Positions 9,520 to 19,000 of a stretch of DNA of 37,617 nt are shown in pieces (within the stretch, counting starts at the first letter, position 1; each line of letters starts with the position of its first letter). The notes below the pieces were generated by a model. That model was not told the origin of the DNA. It was given only the letters and a program-made list of their open reading frames with translations, and searched no databases. Where the stretch lies: assembly GCA_964403185.1 (NCBI GenBank), contig CAYOFK010000005.1, positions 1 through 37,617 of the forward strand. The letters run 5' to 3'. This DNA comes from an uncultured Rikenellaceae bacterium. GTDB lineage: Bacteria > Bacteroidota > Bacteroidia > Bacteroidales > VadinHA17. Both the position numbers and the translations under genes were made by a program.

Positions 9520-12189
9520 ATGAACAAATACACATCGATATTCATTCTTCTGGGATTATTCCTGATGACGGGGCATAGCTTTGGTGCCAGCAGGGATTCC
9601 ATCATTGTAACTACCGAATACGATTACTATACCTCTGAAGATACAGCCAGGATACTGGTTTACATTCCCGGAAATGAAAAACACGGCGAATTTTCAATTC
9701 ATTATATGGGGGACACTCTGGTCAGCGAAACAGTGGCCACCGGTCTGAACTACTTCTCCGTGGAGATAAAGGATTGGGTAACGGGCAAGCATCTGATGGT
9801 TACGCAGTTAAATGCATCAGGCGAATTTAAGGAAACCGCACTGGTGCTGCAAAAGCTGGAACCCCGGTTGAATGAAGTGAAAATAAACAGGACCAACGGG
9901 AGCCTGATCGCAGACGGACTTCCTTTCTATCCTTTCGGATTCTATTGCTATTGGCCGGTACAACCCACCCTGCCGGAAGAGGAAGTGGTAAGAGGATTCA
10001 ATATGCTGTCACCCTACCAGAAAATTGAGGGTAAAACTCTCAATGACCGGAAGAAATATATGGACAGGTGTGCCCGGCTGGGAATGAAAGTGCATTACAA
10101 CCTGTTGAGTGTGTCCGGAGGGGGTGGGGTTGGATCCGGGCGTCTCAGTGATATTGACCAGGAGGAAAAGCGGCGGCGTCTGATCAGGGAGGTCAACACC
10201 TTTAAAGACCATCCTGCATTGTTGGCCTGGTATATTTCAGACGAGCCTGTGGGGCAGGGGATCCCACCGGAACCCTTGATCGAAATGTACAGGTTTATCA
10301 AAGAACTGGATCCTTACCACCCGGTCTCTATTGTTTTTATGACACCCCAAAAAGCACAACAATATGCCGGCGCCATGGACATCGTAATGGCCGATCCGTA
10401 TCCCATACCAGGCAACTCTGTAAGCACAACCGGAAGAGTGACAAAAGAACTGGTATCGGAATTTTATCTTGAAAAGCCGGTCTGGATAGTCCCCCAGGCC
10501 TTCGGCGGAAACGAATGGTGGGCACGGGAACCTACAGCGCAGGAGATCCGCGTTATGACCTACCTGGCAATGGTGGAGGGAGCACAGGGCATCCAGTATT
10601 TTATCCGGCATGGTATGAATGCCTTTCCTAAGTCTGTAGTTGCATGGAACGAGTGTTCCAATATGGCCCACGAAGTGGCCGAGCTCACACCAGCCCTGTC
10701 TCAGGGAACCCTGGTTGCAAGTATTCGGGCCAATCACCGGTCCATCAAATTACGAAGCCTTCTGTATAAAGACTGTCTGACCATCCTGGCGGTAAATACT
10801 GAAAATAAACCAAAAGATATCCGGCTTGACCTGGGAGGATTTAGGGACTTTACCAATGCTGAGGTCTTGTTTGAAAACCGGAAAGCAGTTTTGCGGTCAG
10901 GAATACTTTCAGATCAGATAGAGGGTTTTGGGACCAGGGTGTACCGCCTGGCAAGGAACACGCACATTACGCAAAAAGACAAATTCCATGAATACAACAT
11001 GGTAGTAAATCCCGGGTTTGAACAACTGTCCAGTCCCCTGATCCCTTCGGGATCGTATGCCAGGCTCAACGGGGACCGTGGAGCAACATATTTTGTTGAT
11101 TCAAGGGTGTTTTTTGAAGGCCGGCACGCACTCAGGCTTGTCACACCGGAAGATCATAAAGGGATTGGCCTTTCCTTCTTTCCGGTGGCTGTAAAAAATG
11201 GTTTTTCATACACTGTTGAAGTCCGGGCAAAGGCAAAAGACAGGGATCCTCACTGGGAACCCTATGAGCAAAACTGGTTTAGAAGATTGATCAGGAAGAT
11301 AAAGACCTGGCTTTCCCGCAACAAAACAAAGGACCATACTCAAAAATTTGTATTAAAACTCGGGACCTTGCAGTCGGAAGAATTCGAATTATCCAAAGAT
11401 TGGAGACGCTATGGTTTCTCTGTGTATGTGGATGATCTGTCCGGTGGGATGCAACGGGTAAGTCCGTATCTGGAATTGCTGAGTGAAGGTACGGCCTGGT
11501 TTGATAATTTGCAGGTTTATCCTGACATGAATATAAAAACAAGGGTGCAGGAGGGAGGTATTCAGGTTGTGCTGGAAAACCATCGTAGCGAGGGGTTGAT
11601 CCGGTATGAAACTGACAGCAGCGCTCCGGATATTTCTTCTCCCGTTTACTCACATCCTTTTACGCTTTACAGATCGGCACATTTGTTTGCCTCAGTATTC
11701 GTTAATGATTCCTGCAGGGGGAAATTATATAAGGAGTTGACAGTGCATGACGGTCTGGGCGCCGGGATATCTTTAATAAATAAATACCACGCACGTTACC
11801 AGGGAATAGGTAAGCAAACCTTGGTTGACGGGACCCTGGCTTCAAAGTTTTTCAAGGATGCCGGCTGGCTTGGATTTAAAAACCAGGATCTTGCAGCTAC
11901 CATCGATCTTGGTTTGGAAACCCGCATTAAAGATATTTCTGTGACGTTCTTGCAGGATCATAAAGTGGATATATTCCTTCCCGGCTCTTTAAGTTTTGAG
12001 GTATCCGCGGATGGATCGCAGTATGATCAGGTATATCTGCTGGAAAGCATTGAGGCCGGTGATGGTCCGCCTGAAAGAACAGCATTCAGTGAGCAACTCG
12101 TGAATGTTGAAGCCCGCTATGTGAGGATCCGGGCAACAAATCGTAAGGAATGGCTTTTTGTGGATGAGATAGTAATTAACAGGAAGTAG
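9520..12189 (+). CDS. Secreted multidomain putative glycoside hydrolase of unassigned family: N-terminal beta-sandwich, TIM-barrel-like core, CBM4/9-like module, chitobiase-C-like module, discoidin-like module
   Basis: 889-aa ORF with a type-I-like signal peptide (LFLMTGHSFGA). The core has alternating beta/alpha-like segments, with LLAWYISDEPVG (acid/base-like block) and VWIVPQAFGGNEWW. NPGFEQ...WFDNLQVYPD looks like a CBM4/9-type sandwich. IRYETDSSAPDISSPVYSHPF resembles the chitobiase-C-like fold. The C-terminal discoidin-like module ends ARYVRIRATNRKEWLFVDEIVINRK. I could not recognise a family. Confidence 0.55.
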   Translation: MNKYTSIFILLGLFLMTGHSFGASRDSIIVTTEYDYYTSEDTARILVYIPGNEKHGEFSIHYMGDTLVSETVATGLNYFSVEIKDWVTGKHLMVTQLNASGEFKETALVLQKLEPRLNEVKINRTNGSLIADGLPFYPFGFYCYWPVQPTLPEEEVVRGFNMLSPYQKIEGKTLNDRKKYMDRCARLGMKVHYNLLSVSGGGGVGSGRLSDIDQEEKRRRLIREVNTFKDHPALLAWYISDEPVGQGIPPEPLIEMYRFIKELDPYHPVSIVFMTPQKAQQYAGAMDIVMADPYPIPGNSVSTTGRVTKELVSEFYLEKPVWIVPQAFGGNEWWAREPTAQEIRVMTYLAMVEGAQGIQYFIRHGMNAFPKSVVAWNECSNMAHEVAELTPALSQGTLVASIRANHRSIKLRSLLYKDCLTILAVNTENKPKDIRLDLGGFRDFTNAEVLFENRKAVLRSGILSDQIEGFGTRVYRLARNTHITQKDKFHEYNMVVNPGFEQLSSPLIPSGSYARLNGDRGATYFVDSRVFFEGRHALRLVTPEDHKGIGLSFFPVAVKNGFSYTVEVRAKAKDRDPHWEPYEQNWFRRLIRKIKTWLSRNKTKDHTQKFVLKLGTLQSEEFELSKDWRRYGFSVYVDDLSGGMQRVSPYLELLSEGTAWFDNLQVYPDMNIKTRVQEGGIQVVLENHRSEGLIRYETDSSAPDISSPVYSHPFTLYRSAHLFASVFVNDSCRGKLYKELTVHDGLGAGISLINKYHARYQGIGKQTLVDGTLASKFFKDAGWLGFKNQDLAATIDLGLETRIKDISVTFLQDHKVDIFLPGSLSFEVSADGSQYDQVYLLESIEAGDGPPERTAFSEQLVNVEARYVRIRATNRKEWLFVDEIVINRK

Positions 12190-12267
12190 ACCGGTTCACC
12201 TCTGCCCGGCATGAAGATGTGAACTTTTAAGTGTATGGGAACCGGAATAGTGGAATGAAGAGGAATT

Positions 12268-12300
12268 GACCTTCAAGAGTCCGCAGGACCTGGAAGTGTC
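12268..12300 (+). repeat. Copy B of the 33-nt palindromic repeat core
   Basis: The sequence gaccttcaagagtccgcaggacctggaagtgtc aligns base for base with copies A, C (reverse complement) and D. Its flanks share ggaatagtggaa (5') and ttttaaagatggt (12330-12342) with copy D. Confidence 0.8.
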
Positions 12301-12404
12301 ATTGCCGGAAGCCGAAGAATGCAAAAGTATTTTAAAGATGGTTGAAGACCAAAAGAGATCCTGACATTCGTCAGGATGACGTGATTATGATTAATAATTT
12401 TGAA

Positions 12405-15347
12405 ATGAAAAAAGCATCAATTCTTTTAGGCATTGTATTGGTTCTAATGGTATCATGCACCAATAAACCTCTCATAAACTTCGTTAACCCGTTTATCGGT
12501 ACCGGAGGTCACGGACATACATACCCGGGCCCCGGTTTGCCGTTTGGCATGATCCAGATCGGTCCGGATACCCGTCTGGATGGCTGGGATGGTTGTTCCG
12601 GTTACCATTATTCCGACAGTGTTGTATATGGGTTCAGTCATACCCATCTGAGTGGTACGGGAGCTATTGATTACGGAGATATTTTGTTGATGCCCACCAC
12701 CGGTCCCTTACAACTTGACAACGGGGCGAAAAGCGGGCACCACGAAGGTTATGCTTCCTCCTTTTCCCATAACCGTGAAACAGCCTCTCCCGGTTATTAT
12801 TCAGTTCTCCTTGAAGACTACAATATATTTGCCGAACTAACGGCCACCACCCGCACCGGTTTTCACAGGTATGTTTTTCCGGAAACTGAACAGGCGCACA
12901 TCATCCTGGACCTGGAGCACCGGGATTATGTGACAGAATCGTTTGTGCGGTTTGTAAGTGATACGGAAATTGAGGGATTACGACGGTCAAGAAACTGGGC
13001 CAGGGACCAATACGTGTATTTTGTGGCCAGGTTTTCAAAACCGTTTCAGTCTTTTGGGATTTCAAAGGATGGAATAAAATCCGATGGATTGGAATATGGG
13101 GAAGGGCAGCGCCTGAAGGCATGGATGAGTTTTGAAACAAAAGCCGGTGAGGAGATAAAGGTGAAAGTGGGCATATCCGCCGTGGATGTCGCCGGCGCCC
13201 GGGAAAACCTGAAATCTGAAAGCCCGGGATGGGATTTTAGGGCCGTTCAAACCTCGGCGGAAAAAGCATGGGAGGATGAACTGGGAAAGATCCGGGTGAA
13301 TGGTGGATCTGAAGCTCAGAGGAGAACCTTTTATACCGCAATGTACCACGCTTTTCTCAATCCCAATATATATATGGATGTAGATGGCCGGTACCGGGGA
13401 CGGGATCTGGAGATCCACACGGCAGAGGCTATGAATTATTATACCCTGTTTTCTCTATGGGATACCTTCAGGGCCCTGCATCCCTTATTTACCATTCTGG
13501 AACCGGAACGGACCAATGATTTTATTAAAACATTCCTGCTCCAGTACAAACAGGGTGGCGCCCTGCCTGTTTGGGAATTATCGGCCAATGAGACCGGTAC
13601 CATGATCGGTTATCATGCCGTACCGGTTATCGTGGATGCCTGGGTCAAGGGCCTCCGTGGATATGATACCCAACTGGCCCTGAAAGCAATGAAACACAGT
13701 GCACAGTTGAACGGGGAAGGACTGGAGTTTTACAGGGAAATGGGATTCATACCAACAGACCAGGAAGTGGAATCGGTGGCAAAAACACTGGAATATGCAT
13801 ATGACGACTGGTGCATTGCGATGATGGCAAAAATACTTGGCGATACAACAGGTTACGAGGAATATATCAGAAGGGCGCAGTATTATAAAAATGTGTTTGA
13901 CCCGGAATCAAGGTTCTTCAGAGGCCGGGTGAATGGAGGCTGGTACGCTCCATTCGATCCCTTTGAAGTGAATTTCAATTATACCGAGGCCAATGCCTGG
14001 CAATACCGGTATTTTGTTCCCCAGGATATTTCAGGACTCATGGAACTGTTGGGTGGTGAAACCGGCTTTGTGGAAGCCCTGGATGATCTGTTTATGGCAA
14101 GCCCGGAGATTGCAGGCAGGGAACAACCTGACATTTCAGGCATGATCGGCCAGTATGCCCACGGAAATGAACCCAGTCACCACATTGCTTACCTCTATCC
14201 CTTTGCCGGAGCCCCCTGGAAAACCCAGAAATGGACACGCAGGATCATGGATGAAATGTATACGGATAAGCCTGACGGTCTGAGTGGAAATGAGGATGCC
14301 GGACAGATGTCGGCGTGGTATATCTTCAGCGCCCTTGGATTTTATCCCGTCACACCAGGGCTGGATTATTATACCATAGGAACGCCACTTTTTAAGGAAG
14401 CCGGTATCGCCTTACCCGGGGGAAAACGATTTGTGATCAGGGCAAAAAAACTGTCGCAAAAGAATTTCTACATACAATCTGCAAAACTAAACGGAAAGGT
14501 CTTTACCAACGCGTTTATTGATCATGCATCCATTATGGCCGGAGGAGAACTGGAATTCATGATGGGCCCGGAACCAAATAAGGCCTGGGGATCCCAAAAA
14601 GAAAACAGGCCGGTGGCCGGGATCCGGGATCATTTAATACAACCGGCACCTTACTATAAAGGGGGTAAGATCACCTTCAAAGATCAACTGGATATTTCCA
14701 TTGCCGGAGTGGGAGCAACAGATATTTACTATACATTGGATGGTTCTGATCCTGATGCCTTCTCAAAAACATTCTCTAAACCCATTCCAATCACTGAAAG
14801 TACACACTTAAAAGCAGTTGCCCGTAATGAGAATAATGAAAAAAGTTTTATTGTATCGGGGACCTTCAATAAAATCTCTTCGGAGATGAGTATAAGGCTT
14901 TTTACAGAGTACAGTTCCCTGTATACCGGTGGTGGCGACCTTGCCCTGATTGATTTTATTCAGGGTAATCAGAATTTCCGGTCCGGAGCCTGGCAGGGAT
15001 ACGAGGCTGAAAACGTTGAGGCCATTGTGGATATGGGCAGTATCAAAACGGTGCAACTGGTGGCCATTGGGTTTTTACAAAACCAGCGTTCCTGGATCTT
15101 TATGCCTGAATCTGTTGATTTTTATGTGTCGTCAGATGGGACATCATTCAGGAAAGTTGGAACTGTGAACAACAGCATTCCTGCAGATGCTGAAGGGACA
15201 GTTTTAAAGAAATTTTCTGTCACGTTTCCTGCCATCCGTGCCCGGTATGTAAGGGTGGTAGCCGGCAATCGTAAAACCTGTCCTGATTGGCATCCCGGGG
15301 CTGGAGGGAGGGCCTGGATATTTGCAGATGAAATCATAATAAAGTGA
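12405..15347 (+). CDS. Glycoside hydrolase family 92 alpha-mannosidase lipoprotein extended by a chitobiase-C-like plus discoidin-like C-terminal cassette
   Basis: The track ORF starts at TTG 12342 inside a repeat. ATG 12405 gives MKKASILLGIVLVLMVSC (ATG 12387 is also possible). GH92 signatures: FVNPFIGTGGHGHTYPGPGLPFGMIQIGPDT, YAHGNEPSHHIAYLY, GNEDAGQMSAWYIFSALGFYPV. The tail contains IYYTLDGSDPD... and ends CPDWHPGAGGRAWIFADEIIIK. Confidence 0.93.
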   Translation: MKKASILLGIVLVLMVSCTNKPLINFVNPFIGTGGHGHTYPGPGLPFGMIQIGPDTRLDGWDGCSGYHYSDSVVYGFSHTHLSGTGAIDYGDILLMPTTGPLQLDNGAKSGHHEGYASSFSHNRETASPGYYSVLLEDYNIFAELTATTRTGFHRYVFPETEQAHIILDLEHRDYVTESFVRFVSDTEIEGLRRSRNWARDQYVYFVARFSKPFQSFGISKDGIKSDGLEYGEGQRLKAWMSFETKAGEEIKVKVGISAVDVAGARENLKSESPGWDFRAVQTSAEKAWEDELGKIRVNGGSEAQRRTFYTAMYHAFLNPNIYMDVDGRYRGRDLEIHTAEAMNYYTLFSLWDTFRALHPLFTILEPERTNDFIKTFLLQYKQGGALPVWELSANETGTMIGYHAVPVIVDAWVKGLRGYDTQLALKAMKHSAQLNGEGLEFYREMGFIPTDQEVESVAKTLEYAYDDWCIAMMAKILGDTTGYEEYIRRAQYYKNVFDPESRFFRGRVNGGWYAPFDPFEVNFNYTEANAWQYRYFVPQDISGLMELLGGETGFVEALDDLFMASPEIAGREQPDISGMIGQYAHGNEPSHHIAYLYPFAGAPWKTQKWTRRIMDEMYTDKPDGLSGNEDAGQMSAWYIFSALGFYPVTPGLDYYTIGTPLFKEAGIALPGGKRFVIRAKKLSQKNFYIQSAKLNGKVFTNAFIDHASIMAGGELEFMMGPEPNKAWGSQKENRPVAGIRDHLIQPAPYYKGGKITFKDQLDISIAGVGATDIYYTLDGSDPDAFSKTFSKPIPITESTHLKAVARNENNEKSFIVSGTFNKISSEMSIRLFTEYSSLYTGGGDLALIDFIQGNQNFRSGAWQGYEAENVEAIVDMGSIKTVQLVAIGFLQNQRSWIFMPESVDFYVSSDGTSFRKVGTVNNSIPADAEGTVLKKFSVTFPAIRARYVRVVAGNRKTCPDWHPGAGGRAWIFADEIIIK

Positions 15348-15650
15348 GTGCCTGAAGCGATGCGAAAGCGGAACTCGTTTATTCCCTTCGGCCATGAGAT
15401 CGCTTCGCTAAGTTCAGGATCTGAATTGAGTTATTATATGATTATGAGACTATCGACTTTTGACTTTTAACTCTGTCCTACCCTCATCAACACTTCCAGG
15501 ACCTGCGGACACTGGAAGGTCTCCGATCGCCTATATCCCTTCGACCCCGATGCTTCGGTCGGGATTTCCGCTTCGCTCCAACCTTCGACTCTTTTCGTTA
15601 TCCGTAGCTTTGACTCCCCAACAGTCCATAACATTTTATCGATTTAGCCT
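15348..15650 (-). repeat. Composite repeat block (inverted orientation) filling the first ~300 nt of the 681-nt gap upstream of the SusC-like gene
   Basis: It contains copy C. It also contains cgacttttgacttttaactc (15454-15473, reverse complement of the GTCGAAAAGTC-type short tandem words), cgctccaacc, and several TTCG/GAAA-looped hairpins (cccgatgcttcggtcggg; cctgaagcgat...atcgcttc...ttcagg). Confidence 0.6.
15489..15521 (-). repeat. Copy C of the 33-nt palindromic repeat core, in inverted orientation
   Basis: The plus strand reads aacacttccaggacctgcggacactggaaggtc. Its reverse complement, gaccttccagtgtccgcaggtcctggaagtgtt, matches copies A, B and D. Confidence 0.8.
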
Positions 15651-15931
15651 CAAAATTGAATATTAACGACATTTTTGATACATTATGTTATAAAACATAT
15701 CAGGATGTTAAAATGGTATAAAAGTTTCATTCAATTTTACGCAGGCCATTAGTCCATTTAACCTTTTATTTCCGCCCTCATATTGGAAGAAAATAATTAT
15801 CTAAACCGATTTAGACATGTTTCTAAACCACTGAAACACATATTAATGGATGATCTGGAGAATCGTAAATATCAGATATACAGATAGATGATACTAATAT
15901 TAACATTTTTTGGTGTTTATTAACTTTTTCT

Positions 15932-15939
15932 TAATTTTG
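15932..15939 (+). promoter_or_regulatory. Candidate -7 promoter box (TAnnTTTG) for the susC/susD-like pair
   Basis: taattttg lies 90 nt upstream of ATG 16029. A TTG sits about 20 nt further upstream (15910-15912). It is the only TAnnTTTG match I found in the last 370 nt of the gap. Confidence 0.45.
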
Positions 15940-15944
15940 GGATA

Positions 15945-15959
15945 CCAATAGTCTATTGG
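15945..15959. promoter_or_regulatory. Perfect 7-1-7 palindrome CCAATAG-t-CTATTGG; candidate operator just downstream of the -7 box
   Basis: ccaatagtctattgg was read directly. It starts 6 nt after the candidate -7 box, where a dimeric repressor would block initiation. Confidence 0.35.
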
Positions 15960-16028
15960 ATACGACCTAATCGTCTTATAATTAGGAGGATACACTTTAT
16001 GCTCTATTATTAACTTAAAATTTAATCT

Positions 16029-19000
16029 ATGAAAAAGCGTTTTTTTATTGCCTTCATGCTGATTTTTGCATTGACAGGCAGTGTCTTTGCGCAGCAACGT
16101 ACCATTACGGGTACGGTGACATCCCAGGAGGATGGATCATCATTGCCCGGAGTGAATGTTGTGGTCAAGGGAACCACCATCGGTGCAATTACCAATGTCA
16201 ATGGTACTTATACCATTACGGTTCCGGCTGATGCGCAGACATTGGAGTTTTCTTTCGTGGGAATGGAAACCCAGGAAGTAACCATAGGCAGTTCCAGCTC
16301 CATAGATGTGACCCTGGCGGTTTCATCATCGGCTCTGGAAGAAGTCGTGGTGACGGCCCTGGGTATCTCCCGTGAGAAGAAAGCTCTGGGATATGCCATG
16401 ACAGAGGTGTCTGGTGATGAAATATCCACTGTGAAGGAGACCAACGTTATCAACTCCCTTGCCGGACGTGTGGCTGGTGTGAACATCACCCAGTCCTCAT
16501 CAGGTCCCGGTGGTGGTACACGTGTGATCATCAGGGGTAACAATTCCCTTGGAGGGAACAACCAGCCATTATATATTGTGGATGGTATTCCTATGGATAA
16601 TTCAGGTGTTGGAGGCGCTTCAGGCGGCGGAACCGGTGAATACAACCGTATGGACCGCGGAACCGGTGTTTCCGACCTTAACGCTGACGACATCGAATCC
16701 ATTTCGGTGCTGAAAGGGCCCAATGCCGCAGCGCTTTATGGATCACGAGCCGCAAATGGCGTCATCTATATCATCACTAAAAAAGGGAAATCACGCCCTG
16801 GTATTGGGGTGTCCTTTACTTCAAACATCCAGTTTGAAAACCCGATGATCCTTCCGAAGTATCAGAATAAATACGGACGCGGATCAACAGGCTTGTCCCC
16901 CAATGATTATCCCGACCTGTCTACCCTTAAGGGTACCAGTTCCGGATGGGGCGGCGAATTGGATGGCTCGCAACAAATGTACTGGGTGGATGATCCACTG
17001 GGATCGGGTACGGCTACAATGAAAGCCTATTCTGCCCAACCGGATAATGTTAAGGATTTTTTCAGAACCGGGATCAATGCGGTGAATACGCTGGCTGTTG
17101 AAGGGGGAAACCAGTTCATAAATGCGCGTTTCTCATATACCAATAACGTCGCCAATTCCATCATGCCGAATTCCGGAATGAAGCGTCACAACTTCAACCT
17201 GAGAACCTTCATTCAGCCTGCAGAGTTTCTGACTGTGGATACCAAGATCACCTATTTCTTGCAGGATTATGAAAACCGGGCACGCCAGGGAACGGAAGGG
17301 ATCATGTCTTATCTGTTCACCATTCCAAGGAACACAGCTATTAATGACCTGGAGACATACAGGAGGTTGCCTGATTACTCATCAAACTCCTATCGCTCAC
17401 TGGGAGCCAATCCGTATTTCTTATTGTATGAGAATACAGACCTTGACTCGCGAAACAGAATCATGGGTTTTGTAAAGGCTACGGTTGAGTTTTCTCCGTG
17501 GTTGTCATTGTTTGTCAGGGCGGGTACCGACCTCACAACAACCAATGTTGAAACTATCGACGCTCCCGGACACCACTTCTACAGTCAGGGACGCATGAGT
17601 GTCAGTTCACGGAAATTTTCCGAGACCAATATGGATTTCCTCCTGATGTTCAATAAGCAAGTGGCCTCTGGCTTTAACCTGGGCGTCAACCTTGGTGGAA
17701 ACCTGATGCAGCAAAGCAGTACCAGTATTGGTGTTTCCGGTTCACGGTTCAGGATCCCAACAAAATTAACGGTGTCTTCATTGGGTGAGTTTAATGGATC
17801 CTATTCACCCGATGTTCAGAAAAAGATCCATTCCCTCTATGGTAACGCATCCTTGTCGTATAACAATTTCATCTACCTGGATGTGTCGGGACGTAACGAC
17901 TGGTCGTCAACCCTGCCGGAAAACAACTGGTCCTACTTCTATCCTTCAGTGGGTCTTTCAGTACTTCTGCAGGAGTTCATCGATCCCAACCAGGGCTTCC
18001 TGAACTTTCTGAAAGTCAGGGCTAACTGGGCACAGGTCGGTAGCGACACCGGACCTTACCAATTGGATGTTGGCTACAGTATCAGTTCCGCCTCAGGTTC
18101 TTACCTGGGTCTGACCACGCTGAGCCGTCCCGGTACGCTTCTGAATGTGGATCTGAAACCTGAGATCACTGCCTCAACGGAATTCGGCTTTGAATTCAGG
18201 CTTATGGATAACCGCATATTCGGTGACTTCTCGTACTACAGCATTGTCACCACCGACCTTATCATGGATGTTCCCGTATCTCCATCAACTGGCTACAGCA
18301 GGTTCCGGAGCAATGTTGGTAAAGTCACCAACAAAGGTTTTGAATTCCTTGTTGGCGGTACACCGGTGATGACCGATGATTTTAGCTGGGATATCTCGGT
18401 GAACTTCAGTAAGAATAAGAACGAACTGGTTGAGCTGATCGAAGGTGTTGATTCATATACATTTACAACTACAAATAGTGGGATCGTTTCTGTAAGGGCT
18501 ACCGTTAAGAACGATTCCATTGCCGATTCGGGCGGCTATGGTGACATTTACGGAACCACATGGCAGAAAACCGACGACGGAAGACTGGTTGTTGATGCTA
18601 CAGGACGCCCGACCTCAACCGGAGAACTTGTAAAGCTTGGAAACTATCAACCGGATTTCCTGGGAGGTATGACCAATACATTCAAGTATAAGAACATCAC
18701 TTTTAGCTTCCTGATCGATGCCCGTATTGGTGGCCAGCTTTATGCAGGTACCAATGCAAGTATTATGGGATCAGGGGTTGGTGAGGAAACACTCAATCGT
18801 GAAAGCAGGACTCTGGACGCCGTTGTGAATACATCGGGTGACCCTGATAATCCTACATGGGAAGCAAATACTCAGGAAATAACCGGACAGCAGTATTTTG
18901 GTGCCATCTCCGGATTTGCTGAAACCCACGTTTACGACCAGACCAATATCAGGCTCAGGGAACTGTCCCTGCTGTACCGTTTCCCGAAAAGCCTCTTTGG

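Noticed and set aside
10237-10737. Long antisense ORFs inside large CDSs: 10237..10737, 16208..16723, 8416..8805, 33671..34144, 36572..37060, 13062..13418 and 11291..11653
   Set aside because: Each lies entirely within, and opposite to, a CDS with strong family motifs. Their translations are low-complexity (Pro/Ser/Arg-rich) with no recognisable domains, which is typical of shadow ORFs.
12395-12402. TAATTTTG match just upstream of the GH92 start, considered as a promoter box
   Set aside because: It ends 3 nt before ATG 12405, which is too close for a -7 box serving that start codon.
15460-15666. Small ORFs starting MTF(R/N): 15460..15666 (+), 6597..6806 (-) and 20941..21141 (-), which look like a small protein family
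   Set aside because: Their shared N-termini come from translating the GTCGAAAAGTC-type repeat words. The rest is Ser/Pro/Arg-rich and not conserved between copies, and two of them overlap real genes or the terminator. They are treated as repeat artefacts.
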